A DNA stretch of 64,000 bases from Cetorhinus maximus (Eukaryota): assembly GCF_964194155.1 (NCBI RefSeq), contig NC_135901.1, forward strand, positions 18,476,001-18,540,000, given 5' to 3'. The notes under the pieces were generated by a model, which was not told where the DNA came from, ran no database searches, and saw only the letters and a list, made by a program, of their open reading frames with translations. A program made the position numbers and the translations under genes. Of the stretch, positions 1 through 12,329 are shown piece by piece (the first letter of the stretch is position 1; the number at the start of each line of letters is the position of its first letter).

Positions 1-104
1 GCAATATATAGCGTAGCTACAGTACTATATCACGAGACTAGAAATAATAATAAATGTACTTGACTACAGAACCATAAGTAATATATCTGTGTAGCAGATA
101 ATAA

Positions 105-895
105 CACTGGACATATCTGGCAGATGAAGTTCAATGCGGAGAAGCGTGAGGTGACACACTTTGGTACAAAGAACATGGAGAGACTATAAAACAAAGGATA
201 CCATTCTAAAGAGTGTGCAGGAGCAGAGGGACCTGGGTGTATATGAACATAAATCATTAAAGGTGGCAGGACAGGTAGAGAGAACTGTTTCTAAAGCATA
301 CAGTATTTTAGGCATCATTAATAGGGGCATAGAGTACAAGGGCAGGGAGGTTATGTTGAGCTTATATAAGGCACTGGTTAGACCTCAGCTGGAGTACTGT
401 GTGCAGTTCTGGGCGACACACTATAGGAAGGATGTGAACGCATTGGAGAAAGTGCAGAAGATGTTTACAAGAATGATTCCAGGGATGAGACACTTCAGTT
501 ATGAGGAAAGATTGGAGAAGTTGGGACTGTTTTCCTTGGAGAGGAGAAGGGTCAGAGGAGACTTGATAGAAGTTTTCAAAATCATGAGGGGTCTGGACAG
601 AGTAGATAGGGAGAAACTGTTCCCGCTCGTAAAGGGGTCAAGAACCAGAATGCACAGTTTTAAAGATTTTTGCAAAAGAAGCAAATGCGAGGTGAGAAAA
701 AACTTTTTCACACAGCGAGTAGTTAGGCTTTGGAATGCACTGCCTGGAAGTGTGTGGAGGCAGGTTCAATTGAGGCATTGGATGATTATCTAAACAGAAA
801 CAATCTGTAGGGTTACGGGGAAAAGGCACGAGATCGGCACGAAGTTAAAATGCTCAGGGAGCCGGTGCAGACACGATGGGCCGAATGTCCTCCTC
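105..895 (+). mobile_element. CR1-clade LINE, 3' portion (ORF2 C-terminus and 3' UTR)
   Basis: ORF 161..793 has the CR1 motifs LYKALVRPQLEYCVQFW and YEERLEKLGLFSLERRRVRGDLIEVFKIM, followed by a GGGCCGAATG-type 3' UTR. Confidence 0.92.
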
Positions 896-1079
896 AACAA
901 TTCTGCGTTTCACTCACAGCTTCACTGCTCTATTACTGAAATGTTCCATTTTCTCCTGAAAACCTCAGCTTCCCAAACCCTGCCTGTTTCTCTTCTCTTT
1001 CTCTTCAACACAAACAAACTCTTCAACTCACAGATCTTGGACACAGATTTAGTCCCTGTGAATCTCCATCTTCATTGCC

Positions 1080-1620
1080 ACAAAGCCCACCTTCTGATTG
1101 GCTGGAGGATTAATGTCCTTCCGGTCCTCCAGAGCTCCCCATTGGCCGAAGCCGTCAACCTTGGCTCGAGAGAGGACAATGATGGTGGGGCTCCCGTGTC
1201 CGTGAGTCTGGCGCGGATTGGAACCCGAGGACGTCACCGCGGCGCAGGATGATTTCTATTGGATGATTCGGATAGCATTTCATTGTGGACTTCACAATGA
1301 CTTATGGGGCGTTCCCAGCGCACAGTCTCCCATTGGGAGGAATAGCACTGGTGACAGAAGCAAGATACTGCGGATTGGACAATAGCTCAGCGCGTCTGGA
1401 GGTCAAAGTCTCTCCCGCCCCCATGTGGGCTCGGCTTCCGCTTCCTCACTGGCTTCATACGAGGGAGTGACCAATAGGAAAGCTGGAGGAACGGAATGGC
1501 GCTGATGTTCCAACCAATCAGAGCGCGGGCTTTGAGCTAACGGCCCTATTGTCTGAAGCGGAAGTTGGACAATGACCTTCTCACACACTTAAACTGCCTC
1601 CTCTGTTCCACATCTGTGAG
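1080..1620. promoter_or_regulatory. CpG-rich promoter and first exon of ZNF1 (possibly bidirectional)
   Basis: CpG enrichment; CCAAT boxes at 1097, 1141 (as ATTGG) and 1471, 1514; ETS-like GCGGAAGT near 1558; donor GTGAGT at 1616; acceptor TTGCAG ending 1678. Confidence 0.7.
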
Positions 1621-2552
1621 TGAAACACTTTCTTTCCACCCGCTTTTCTAATTCTGAGTTTAAATTGCTGACTTGCAGGAACTGAAGGGAAAGGAAGTGA
1701 ATCTAGGGAGGGTGCAGACTCTGGAAAGATTGGCTCAGGTCTCTCTCTTTCTCTCTTTTAAAGACATTGACATCTTTTGCTCTCTCAGCTTGACACATTT
1801 ATTTGCCTGCCTAAGAGGACGGCCTCCTTCCTAATGTTCACATTTCAAGGGGATGGCTGACATTTAAGGGGACGGTAAATTAATATAGGCCAGAGATAAG
1901 TCTTGCTGTTATAAGGTACATATTAGAAATATTATTTATGGTTCTGCAAAAAAGTATAATTATAGTTATTTCTACTTGTTTTAATATGTTACTGTATATA
2001 TTTACAATCATAGACTTATCATGACACAGAAGGAGATCATTCAGCAACTCGAGTCCATGTCAATTGTCTGTAGAGCAATCCAGGCAATCCCATTCCCCCT
2101 CTATATCCCTGTTCCTGGGTAAGTTTATTTCCTTCAAGTGCCCATCCAGTTTCATTTTGAAATAATTCATCTCGGCTTCGACCATCCTTATAGACAGAGA
2201 TGCAGATTAAGACCTCTCATTGCTGACATAAAGTTCTTCCTCACATCCCCCTTCCACTGTATCTCTAATTAAGAAGTACTACATATCACACATTTTTCGT
2301 CTAGTTTCATGCATGTCTATCACATATATAAACATAAAGATTTTAAGGTCCTTGTGTTCAGAACATGAAGCTATGACCATGGACCTGTCGATCAGCATGA
2401 ATCGCTGCTTCGGAAGAGTGGTTAGGGTGACTATTATGTACAACAAAGAGAGAATAGAGTTACTTTTGGGAAATGAGAGAGGAAAGAATGATCCATAGAA
2501 ACTAGAATTGTCTTTTTTGAACTTATATCCTGCACTGACAGTGATGAATCTT

Positions 2553-2762
2553 ATAAAAGCAAAATACTGTGGATGCTGGAAATCTGAAATAAAAATGGAA
2601 AATTCTGGAAAATCTCAGCAGGTCTAACAGCACCTGAGAGATCAGAGTTAACGTTTCAAGTCCGTATGAGTCATATGGACTTAAAAGATTAACTTTGCTT
2701 CTCTCTCCACAGATGCTCTCAGACATTCTGAGTTTTTCCAGCATTTTGTTTTTATTTTACAT
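2553..2762. mobile_element. Short foldback element derived from a Penelope-like terminal repeat
   Basis: Two inverted copies of the CAGATGCT...CTGAGTTTTTCCAGC tail; flanked by TGATGAATCTT (2542) and TGATGAATTTT (2763). Confidence 0.7.
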
Positions 2763-2987
2763 TGATGAATTTTGTAAACTCCCTTTACAGGGTTTTAGAA
2801 GGGGAGATTTTGCAGACAGAAATCTCAAACCAAACATCACATCAAGATCTGACAGAGTCGCTTGATTTATTGGGACCTGAAAAAACATCACACCCTTCAC
2901 AGTGGGGAGAGACTGTACACGTGTTCCGTGTGAGGACGGAGCTTCAACCGATTGTCGAACCTGGAAAGATACAAGGACACTGGCACC

Positions 2988-4250
2988 ATGGAGAAACCAT
3001 GGAAATGTGGAGACTGTGAGAAGGGATTCAGATCCCCATCAGAGCTAGAGATTCATCGACGCAGTCACACTGGGGAGAGGCCGTTCACCTGCTCTGAGTG
3101 TGGGAATGGATTCAGTAATTCATCCAACTTATTGAAACACGAAGGCGTTCACACCGGCGAGAGACCATTCACCTGCCCTGACTGTGGGAAGGGATTCAGA
3201 TCCCTATCTAAGGTGGAGATTCATCGATGCGTTCACACTGGGGAGAGGCCGTTCACCTGCTGTGAATGTGGGAAGGGATTCACTCATTCATCCAACCTCC
3301 TGACACACAAGCGAGTTCACACCGGGGAGAGGCCATTCTCCTGCTCTGAGTGTGGGAAGGGATTCAGTGATTCATCCACCTTGCGGAAGCATCAGCGAGT
3401 TCACACTGGGGAGAGACCATTCACCTGCTCTGAATGTGGGAAAGGATTCACTCGGTCATCCAACCTGCTGATGCACCAGTGTGTTCACACTGGGGAGAGT
3501 CTATTCATCTGCTCTGAGTGTGGGAAGGGATTCAGTAATTCATTCAACTTGCAGACACACCAGCGGGTTCACACTGGGGAGAGGCCATTCAGCTGTTCTG
3601 AGTGTGGGAAGGGATTCACTCATTCATCTGCCCTACGGACCCACCTGCGAGTTCACACTGGGGAGAGGCCATTCATCTGCACCATGTGTGGGAAGCGATT
3701 CACTCAGTCATCCAGCCTGCTGGCACACCATGTCACTCACACCAATGAGAGACCCTTTAAATGCTCTGACTGTGGAAGTGGCTTCAAAATTGCTGCAGAT
3801 ATGAGAGTGCACCAGCGCATTCACACTGAGGAGAGGCCATTCAGCTGCTCTCACTGCAGAAAGAGGTTTAGAACGTCATCCAGCCTTCGGATACACCAGC
3901 GGGTTCACACCGGGGAGAGGCCGTTCACCTGCTCCGAGTGTGGGAAGGGATTCCGTGAGTCATCCACCCTGCATACACACCTGCGAGTTCACACTGGGGA
4001 GAGACCGTTCACCTGCTCTGAGTGTGGGAAGGGATTCCGTCGGTCATCCCACCTGCTGACACACCAGCAAGTTCACACTGGAGAGAGGCCATTCATCTGC
4101 CCTGAGTGTGGGAAGGGATTCACTAATTCATTCAACTTGCGAACACACCTGCGAGTTCACACTGGGGAGAGGCCATTCACCTGCACCGTGTGTGGGAAGG
4201 GATTCACTCAGTCATCTCACCTACAGACACACCAGCGAGTTCACAGGTGA
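2988..4250 (+). CDS. ZNF1: C2H2 zinc-finger protein, 15 tandem fingers, subfamily A, intact
   Basis: ORF 2952..4250; first ATG at 2988 in ACCATGG context; 15 repeats of C-x2-C-x12-H-x3-H with TGERP linkers; acceptor TTTACAG ending 2790. Confidence 0.9.
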   Translation: MEKPWKCGDCEKGFRSPSELEIHRRSHTGERPFTCSECGNGFSNSSNLLKHEGVHTGERPFTCPDCGKGFRSLSKVEIHRCVHTGERPFTCCECGKGFTHSSNLLTHKRVHTGERPFSCSECGKGFSDSSTLRKHQRVHTGERPFTCSECGKGFTRSSNLLMHQCVHTGESLFICSECGKGFSNSFNLQTHQRVHTGERPFSCSECGKGFTHSSALRTHLRVHTGERPFICTMCGKRFTQSSSLLAHHVTHTNERPFKCSDCGSGFKIAADMRVHQRIHTEERPFSCSHCRKRFRTSSSLRIHQRVHTGERPFTCSECGKGFRESSTLHTHLRVHTGERPFTCSECGKGFRRSSHLLTHQQVHTGERPFICPECGKGFTNSFNLRTHLRVHTGERPFTCTVCGKGFTQSSHLQTHQRVHR

Positions 4251-4544
4251 TTACAGGGATTCTGCTGTTATTGCTGCTGTTAATCACATCCAGGACTGAA
4301 CCATGTTCATTCTGACAGCTGGTGAAGTGGGGTGGGGAGGTCAGTGGGTTTCTTTCTGCTGAGCTGGCCAGTCTCATGACTTTGCTTCCAGTGGGTGGAT
4401 GCTCTTTGAGCCTGGGAGTGCATGTTTCTACTGAAGTGATCCACAAAAGCTGATGAATTACATTTATCCTGGATAGTAAATAGTGTTTTCCCTACCACTA
4501 CAGGTAGATCTAAAATAAATACATTTGTCTCTGTTACTTTGAGT

Positions 4545-5055
4545 CTGCAGCACAGGGTCAGGCCAGTCGGCACAATTGGTCTATGTCAGCATTTATGTTC
4601 CACATGAGCCTCCACTTCATCTCCCCTGTCAGCATATCCTTCTATTCCTTTCTCCCTCATGTTTGTATCTCGCTTCCCCTGAGATGTATTTATGCTGTTC
4701 CCCTCAACCAATGGCTGTGGAATTCCACATTCTCACCACTCACTGGGTAAAAAGGTTTCTCGAGAAATCTCTATTGGATTATTGAACTTCTTCAGAGTCT
4801 TAAGGACTTCCATCAGGTCACCCTTCAGTCTTCTCTTTTCCAGAGAAAAGCAGGCGCAGCCTTTCCTGAGGGTTAAATGCTCTCAGTTCTGGTATTGCTC
4901 TTGTGAACCTTTGTTGCACCTTCTCCAGTGCCTCTGTTTATTTTTTCTAAATGAAGATCACAAATGTTGACAGTCCTCCCAGTGTAATCTAACCACTGTT
5001 CTAAACAAGTTGAACATAATCTCCCTGCTTTTCAATTCTATCCCTCTAGAACGGA
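4545..5055 (-). mobile_element. Degenerate CR1 3' fragment
   Basis: Antisense CR1 tail text (ATTCCACATTCTCACCACTCACTGGGTAAAAA; TCTTCTCTTTTCCAGAGAAAAG). Confidence 0.75.
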
Positions 5056-5794
5056 ATCCTACACATGGTTCTACATTAAAGGAAATTTGTGAAGTTCTTC
5101 GAAAGGCTGGATGGAGGGTTGATGCGAATGGCACCAGGGATGAGCGATTTCAGTTAGTTGGAGAGACTCCAGCAGCTGAAATCCCTCTCTTTAGATCATT
5201 GAGTCTTCAGTATAGGGAATAGGGCCATTCAGCTCACTGAGTCCATGCCAGCAACCTGTAGAGAAAAACCAGTTAGTCACATTGCCTGTTCCATTCTCAG
5301 ATCCTTGTAGGTTTATTTGCCTCAAGTGTCCATCTTATTTCCTTTTGAAATCATTCCATCATCTCTGCTTCTAGCATACTCAGCAAGTGGGGTCCAGGTC
5401 ATTACCACTCACGTTAAATGCACACAAGGCCCATAGAGCACAGGAGGAGGCCATTTGGTTCATCCTGTTCATGCCAGATATTTGAGAAAACTAGCCAGTG
5501 AATCCCTGAGCCTTGCAATTTTCTTTAACTTTAAAGAATCTGCTGAATTCCTTTTTGAAAGATAGAGTCCAATCTGCTCTCTGCACCATTTTCAGGCAGT
5601 GCATTCCAAATCACAGTAACTCCCTGTGCTTTAAAACACGTGATTCAGGATATAATGTGTTTGGATTTTTACAGAGCATTCAAAATGGTGTCAAAGACAT
5701 GGCTATTACACAAAATTAAGATTCAATCCTGATCAATGATGTTGATGATGGGACCAAGTGTAACATATCCAAATTAGTGGATAATTAGAAAAAA

Positions 5795-5894
5795 ACTGCA
5801 TTTCTGTAGCATCTCTCAGGACCACAGGACCTCCTAAAGCGTTTCACAGCCAATGAAGTACTTTTGAAGTGTAGTCACTTGTTATGTATGAAAC
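5795..5894 (-). mobile_element. Deu-domain SINE 3' tail, truncated
   Basis: CAGCCAATGAAGTACTTTTGAAGTGTAGTCAC is the reverse complement of the SINE tail seen at about 38040-38130. Confidence 0.7.
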
Positions 5895-6628
5895 TGTAGG
5901 TAGGCCTAGGTAGTCAAATTTAGTGTTAAAAATCAATCACTTTCATACCGTATTCACTGTGATAAATAAAAAGGTCAAGGAAACCATTTTAAACTCTAAC
6001 ATATGGCTGGATCTTTATTTTTTATCATAAACACTGTATTAACATAAATGTTTCCAGAAACTGAAGGCCGAATGGAAATTGTTTAAACAAAGAAATGCTT
6101 TTCTAATTTTGATAAGCTACAGGACATTAGATTCTACCAAAGCCCAGCTCAAGAATAAGGCCCATTGTTCAATCCAATCAAGATTAGTAAGAAAGCTATT
6201 GTCTTCCACAAACAGTCTTTTTGAACCAGTCTATCATGTATTAACCAAATCTATTAATTAAACATTACTGGATTAATTAGGTACCAGTCAGTAACAGAAG
6301 ATTGAATAAGTAGTGGGCCTTAATTGAATTACAATTAATAAATCAATAATGAATCAATCGTTATAGTAAAAGACTGAGTTTTATTTGCTGTAAAAATGTA
6401 AAACCTTAATTGCTGTGTATGTGACAAATGTGCAATGAAGATAAATGTACTGACAAGAGAGACCTTCAAAACCTGATTAGCCTCAACATTTGAAACTGTA
6501 TAAGGGTTGTATGGAATCAAATAAAGGGATAGTATGAAACAGTTCTATTGTATTGCTGTCTAAGATAATGAGAGAAGGTAGTGTAAGTAATTTGAGATCC
6601 AATTGAGTTAACCAATTGTCATGTTACA
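5895..6628 (-). mobile_element. Solo LTR-like element
   Basis: TGTA...TACA termini; minus-strand AATAAA about 120 nt from its 3' end; both flanking features are cut exactly at its termini; no TSD. Confidence 0.5.
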
Positions 6629-7347
6629 ACAAGCCCCATTCAGAGCAGGCAAATGGCCTCTCGCCAATGTGAATTCTCTGGTGTGTCAGCAGGTTAGATG
6701 ACTTAATGAATTGCTTCCCACAATCGGAGCAGGTGAACGGCCTCTCCCCAGTGTGAACTCGCTGGTGTGTTCGCAGGTGGGTCAAACAAGTGAATCCCTT
6801 TCCACACTCAGGGCAGGTGAACGGCCTCTCCCCGCTGTGAACTCGCTGATGTGTCTGCAGGTTGAATGATTTAATGAACCCCTTCCCACACTCAGAGCAT
6901 GTGAACGGCTTTTCCGTGATATGAACGTGTCGATGGGTTTCCAACTCAGACGGGCAACAAAAACCCTTCCCACAGTCCCCACATTTCCACGGTTTCTCTC
7001 AGATGTGGGTGTCCATGTGTCTCTCTGGGTTTGATAACCAGTTGAAGCCTCGTCCACACACACATCACGTGTACAGGATCTCCCTCCTGTAAATGGTGTG
7101 ATGCTTTCTCAGGCTGTGTAACTAGTCAAAGCTCTTTCCACAATCCGTTCACTGGAACACCCTCACTCGCGTGTGTGTGTGTATCTTTTCCAGTCACACT
7201 GATGTTTGAAATTTTTTTCCCTCAGACAGAACGGACAAACATTTCTCCTTCCACATTCAAGGGCTGATGATATTCAGTTCCTGATGAATTGAGTGACTCT
7301 GACAGATCTCGATAATTGGTTTTCCTTTTCCTTTGATTCCTAATACC
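6629..7347 (-). pseudogene. ZNF2: truncated C2H2 pseudogene, subfamily A
   Basis: About 4 readable fingers (ORF 6624..6944 plus upstream WKCGDC finger); TGA where paralogues have their ATG; array cut near 6630; acceptor at 7348-7350. Confidence 0.85.
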
Positions 7348-7364
7348 CTGTAAAAAGAGTTTAC

Positions 7365-7712
7365 ATAGAATTACAGAAAATACAGAATAGAAAGAGGCCA
7401 TTGGCCCAACTAATGTGTGCTGGCGTTTATCCTCCACACTCTTCTCCTTCAATTCCATCTACCTCAGCTCAGTCTTTCACTTTATCTTTCTATTCCTTTT
7501 TCTCTCATGCACTCATCTAGTTTCCTTCTGAAAGTATCTCAGTTTTTTGCCACAACCACTTCCTGTGGTAGTGAGTTCCACTTTCTAACTATTCTCTGAG
7601 TAAACACATTTCTCCATATTTCCCTATTGGATTTATTAGCAACTATCTTGTATTTCTGGCTCCTAATTTTGGATTCTCCCACAAATGGAAACATTCTCTC
7701 CACATTGACAAG
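7365..7712 (-). mobile_element. CR1 3' fragment
   Basis: ORF 7539..7916 ends with ERMFPFVGESKIR...FTQRIVRKWNSLP. Confidence 0.8.
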
Positions 7713-7779
7713 GCCCCAGATGACCGACTGGACAGAAAAATAGAAGCTGATGGGACCCCGGAGCAAGTTACAAGTTGAA

Positions 7780-8698
7780 TCCAAATTTGGCTCAATAGTA
7801 GAAAGTGATGAATGACGGTTGATGGGTGTTTTTTTGTGACTGGAAGGCTGGTTGCAGTGGGGTTTCACAGGGCTCAGTATTGGTTCCTTCATTCCTGGTT
7901 TATTTACTAGATTCACACTTAACTGTAGGCATATGAATAAGAAGTTTGATGATGATACAAAAAATAGCTGTGGGCTTAATGGAAAGGAAGAAAGTTGTAG
8001 GGAAAAGAAGGCAAAGGATCACATGATAAATGGTAGGATACTGAGAATTGTAGAGGAACAGAGATCTTGGAGTTCATGTCCACAGATCCCTGAAGGTAGC
8101 AGGGCAGGTAGATAAGGTGATTAAGGATACAGGATAATTACCCTTAATGAGGCATGGATTATAAGAATAGGGAGGTTGTGCTCGAACTGTATAACACACT
8201 AGTTATGCCAGAGCTAGAGTACTGTGTACAGTACAGGAAGGATGTGATCACACTGGAGAGAGTTACAGAAGGGGATATAAGAAGATGTGCCAAGAATGGA
8301 GAATTTTAGTAATGAGGAAAGGATGGATAGGCTGGAATTGTTTTCTTTGGAACAGAGGAGGCTGAGGGGAGACCTAAATAAAATGCATAAAATTATGAGG
8401 GGTCCATAGATTGGATAGGAAAGCAGTATTCCCTTTGTTGGAGGGGTCCATAATGAAGGGAAAGAAGTAGGAGGGTTAGAGCAGATATGAGGGATTTTTT
8501 TTTCACCCAGAGGGTGGTGAGAAGCTGTAACCCTCTGCTTGAAAAGATGGTAGTCACAGAACCCCTCATAACATTTATAAGGCACTCGGATATACATTTG
8601 AAGTGACCTAACCTACGAGGCTGCAGACCAAGATCTGGAAATTGGGATCAGGCTGGATGGCTACTTATTGGCCATTTTGGACATGACGGGCCGAATGA
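7780..8698 (+). mobile_element. Degenerate CR1 ORF2 (RT and 3' end)
   Basis: KFDDDTK (from KFADDTK), FSLEQRRLRGDL-type text and a CR1 3' UTR. Confidence 0.8.
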
Positions 8699-8924
8699 AC
8701 TGCAACATGGACAAAAAACTTTACCCAAAACTGGGACAGTAACTCTCAGGAATAACACAGCTCAACGGTTTGCGCATTTAGCTGCCAAGTATGTTTATTT
8801 AAGCATACGAGTTAATTTGTCTGCATAGAACAAATTCTTCAACATACCCAATGAGATCGATGTAATTGGTCTCACGTTTAACCTGAAAAGATCATTAAAA
8901 GTTTCCCAGTCTCTCTAATATCTG

Positions 8925-9125
8925 AAATCTTTGCCCACAGACATTTCACCTTCCACATTCAGAGGCCGCTGATATTCAGGTCCTGATAATCGAGTGACTG
9001 TCAGATCATGACATGATATTTGGTTTGAGGTTCCCGCTTGGGAATCCTTCTGTTCTGACCACCTGTAAAAGGAGTTTCCAGAGGAGTTTCACTGTGAATC
9101 CAGGGCAGAAATTCACAACATCCTT
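8925..9125 (-). other. Orphan copy of the ZNF exon leader with its acceptor, lacking fingers
   Basis: Matches 7230-7360 and 39300-39470 (CCTTCCACATTCA..GATATTCAGGTCCTGAT..CCTGTAAAAGGAG). Confidence 0.7.
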
Positions 9126-9129
9126 TCTT

Positions 9130-9525
9130 CGTGCATCCGGTCCGAGGATGGCCGCGCATGCGCCCTGTCCTTATAGAGATAGCGGCCGCGCATGCGCTCG
9201 GCTGCACATTGCCCCTATAAGGATGGCGGCTGCTCACCCGGACCTGTCACTGGCAGAAACATAAAGGGTATCGGGCCGCTCGGATAAAACACCGGACTGC
9301 ATCAAAAGTACTGAAACAGACGTCTTACCATATGGAAAGATTCTGAATAATGGCGGATGAGGCTACCCAGGATTCTCCGCGCGGGTGAATACGCCCTATC
9401 TCTAACAGAAGGGCAGTAACGCGCAGGCGCGGGAAGGCCCCGCCCCCGGAAGCCGCCCGCCTGCGCGGTGCGGCTCCAGGCTGAGCGCAGTCTCAGTGAG
9501 AGCGAGCGGGGACGGGGGTACAAGG
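9130..9525. promoter_or_regulatory. Bidirectional CpG-island promoter between ZNF2 (-) and ZNF3 (+)
   Basis: GCGCATGCGC (NRF1) twice; ATGGCGG (YY1-type) twice; GC box; CCGGAAG; homologous to 41780-42690. Confidence 0.75.
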
Positions 9526-9719
9526 ATTCATGTAGGAGCTGTTAATCCATTTCACACAGGCAGATACTTTTAATTTATGATGGGTTTATAGGAGTCAGTA
9601 GCAAGACCAGCTCATATTGCCAATCCCCAGTTGCCTGTTGAGAAATTGATGGTGGGTTTTGTTCTTGAACCGCTGCAGCCCGTGTGGTGAAGGGGCTTCC
9701 CCAAAACTGTTAGGTAAGG

Positions 9720-10180
9720 ATGGGATGAAGCATTTAAGTTATGAAGAGAGGTTGGATAGACTTGGGTTGTTTTCGTTGGAGCAGAGAAGACTGAGGGGTG
9801 ACCTGGTCGAGGTGTACAAGATTATGAGGGGCATGGACAGGGTGGATCGGGAGCAGCTGTTCCCCTTAGTTGAAGGGTCAGTCACGAGGGGTCACAAGTC
9901 CAAGGTGAGAGGCAGGAGGTTTAGGGGGGATGTGAGGAAAAACCTTTTTACCCAGAGGGTGGTGATGGTCTGGAATGCGCTGCCTGGGAGGGTGGTGGAG
10001 GCAGGTTGCCTCACATCCTTTAAAAAGTACCTGGATGAGCACTTGGCACATCATAACATTCAAGGCTATGGGCCAAGTGCCGGAAAATGGGATTAGGTAG
10101 GTAGGTCAGGTGTTTCTCACATGTCGGTGCAGACGCGATGGGCCGAAGGGCCTCTTCTGCACTGTGTGATTCTGTGATTG
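9720..10180 (+). mobile_element. Young CR1 3' fragment
   Basis: ORF 9659..10096 (YEERLDRLGLFSLEQRRLRGDL); TGTGATTC tail; same subfamily as 59678-60087. Confidence 0.92.
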
Positions 10181-10205
10181 AGAGGATCTTCATCCAGTGA
10201 TGAAG

Positions 10206-11278
10206 CAACAGTGATGTGTGTCCAAGTCTGTAACATTGACTTACATTTATAACGGTGAGATGTGTCCAAGTCTGTAACATTGACTTACATTTATAACGGT
10301 GAGATGTGTCCAAGTCTGTAACATTGACTTACATTTATATAAAACCTTTGATGTATGTTGTTTTATGGGAGTTTTACAAGTGACATCTAACACTGAGACA
10401 TATAAGGAGATATTGGGGCAGATGATCTGGAGTTTGGTCAAAGAGGTAGGTTTTAAGGAGTGTCTTAAAGCAGGAAAGAAAGGCACAGAGATGGAGAGAT
10501 TTCTGAAGGGAATTCCAGAGTTCATGGCTTGGCACACACACTAACACTGAAGCAATTGAAAATGGGGGTGCTCAAGAGGTCAGAATTAGATGAGCGCGGA
10601 GATCTCAGAAAGCTGTGGGGCTGGAGGAGATGACAGAAATAGGGAGGGGTGAGGTGTCAAGGAATTTGAAAACAAGGGTAAAACTTTAAAATTGAGGTGC
10701 TGCTGGATCTGGGGCTGTGTAAGTCAGCGAGCAGAAGGACACTCCTGAGATCTCTGCGCTCATCTAATTCTGGCCTCTTGAGCCTTTCTTTTGTCCTTTA
10801 AGACACTCCTTCAAACCTATCTCTTTGAACAAACTCCTGATTATCTGCCCTAATATCTCCTTATATGTCTCAGTGTCAGATGTTATTTGTAAAGCTCCGT
10901 AAAACAACATACATCAAAGGTATATAAATATAAGTCAATGTTACAGACTGGGACACACATCACCGTTATAAATGTAAGTCAATGTTACAGACTTGGACAC
11001 ACATCACCGTTATAAATGTAAGTCAATGTTACAGACTTGGACACATCTCACCGTTGTAACTGTAAGTTCAATGTTACAGACTCGGACACATCTCACCGTT
11101 ATAAATGTAAGTCAATGTTACAGACTTGGACACATCTCACCGTTGTAACTGTAAGTTCAATGTTACAGACTCGGACACATCTCACCGTTATAAATGTAAG
11201 TCAATGTTACAGACTTGGATACACATCACTGTTATAAATTTAAGTCAATGTTACAGACTTGGACACGCATCACTGTTA
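10206..11278. repeat. Imperfect palindrome: 43-bp minisatellite arms around an inverted L2 3' end
   Basis: About 3 units at 10208-10340 and about 8 reverse-complement units at 10925-11278; 10340-10608 is mirrored by 10746-10925. Confidence 0.85.
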
Positions 11279-11279
11279 T

Positions 11280-11735
11280 GAAGAAGGCCATGGGCAGCAG
11301 AATTCTGAATGATCTCAATTTACAGGAGGTTGGATATGGGGGGCTGCTCAGGGGTGCGTTAGACTAGAAATTAGAACAAAAATTGCTGGAAATATTCAGC
11401 AATTCTGGCAGCATCTGTGCATTAGAATAGTCAAGGTGGGAGATGACAAAGGAATGGATGAGAGTTTCAGAAGCAAATCAGCTGAGACTGGGGAAAAGCA
11501 GGTGAGGTTACTGAGGTGGAATTTGGAAGTCTTCTGTGATCAGAAGATCAGCTGGGGGTGAAATATGACACCAAGATTGTGACCAGACTTGTCCACCCTC
11601 AGATAGTTGTGAGGGAGAGAGATGGAGTCAGTGGCTACGGAATAGAGTTTGTCGTGGAGACTGAAGACAATGGTGTCAGTCTTTCCAATATTTAATTGGA
11701 AGAAATTTCTTTTCATCCAATACTGGGTAACGGAC
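11280..11735 (-). mobile_element. L2 LINE fragment
   Basis: ORF 11540..11737 WMKRNFFQLNIGKTD..NLGVIF. Confidence 0.8.
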
Positions 11736-12329
11736 AAGTTAGGAGAGTTTGCAACTTGGAGGGAAACTTACAGGTATGGTGTTCGCATACACCTACTTCT
11801 CTGGTCCTTTGAGATGGTAGAGGTTGCGGGTTTGGAATGTTCTGTTAAGCGGCAGATGTATAAAATCCCTCTCCTTCACCCCCTGATACTCCCACCTCTC
11901 ACTCTGTCTGTTCTCCCTAGACTAGACTGGCTAGAAGTCAGAGTCCAGGTCCAGATTGGATTGCAGGATCCCTTCCTTGAAGGACATTAATGAACCAGTT
12001 GGGTTGTTTTGACAATCCAGCAACTTTCATGGTCACTTTTTCCAAGTGCTGACCCCAGAAATTACCAGATTCATTTAGATCAATTTCACAGCCTGCCTTT
12101 GTGGTCAGAGCTGGGGTGAAATATGACACCAAGATGGTCACCAGTCTTGTCCAGCCTCAGACATTTGTCAGGGAGTCAGTGGTTATGGAACAGAGATTGT
12201 AGTGGGGACTGATGAGAATGGTTTCGGTCTTCCCATATTTAACTAGAGGAAATTTCTGTTCATCCAGGACTGGGTGACGGACAAGTTGGGACGGTTTCAA
12301 CTTGATGGGGAACATGCAGTTGATGGTAT

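Noticed and set aside
1679-1738. Coding upstream exon supplying an N-terminal effector domain to ZNF1
   Set aside because: The frame that would join the VLEGE leader frame contains TGA, the donor is weak, and the leader is out of frame with the finger array.
3481-3804. Alternative-frame ORFs over ZNF exons ([17 protein letters not shown] repeats; also 13326, 32661, 38755 and others)
   Set aside because: Shadow frames of the 84-bp finger repeat with no independent evidence of coding.
2988-4250. Assigning human ZNF gene symbols
   Set aside because: These are lineage-specific paralogues; similarity to named ZNFs would reflect only the generic finger consensus.
10206-11278. Repeat-encoded ORFs (TWTHLTVINVSQCYRL) or a CRISPR array
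   Set aside because: Translations of a 43-bp minisatellite with no spacers.
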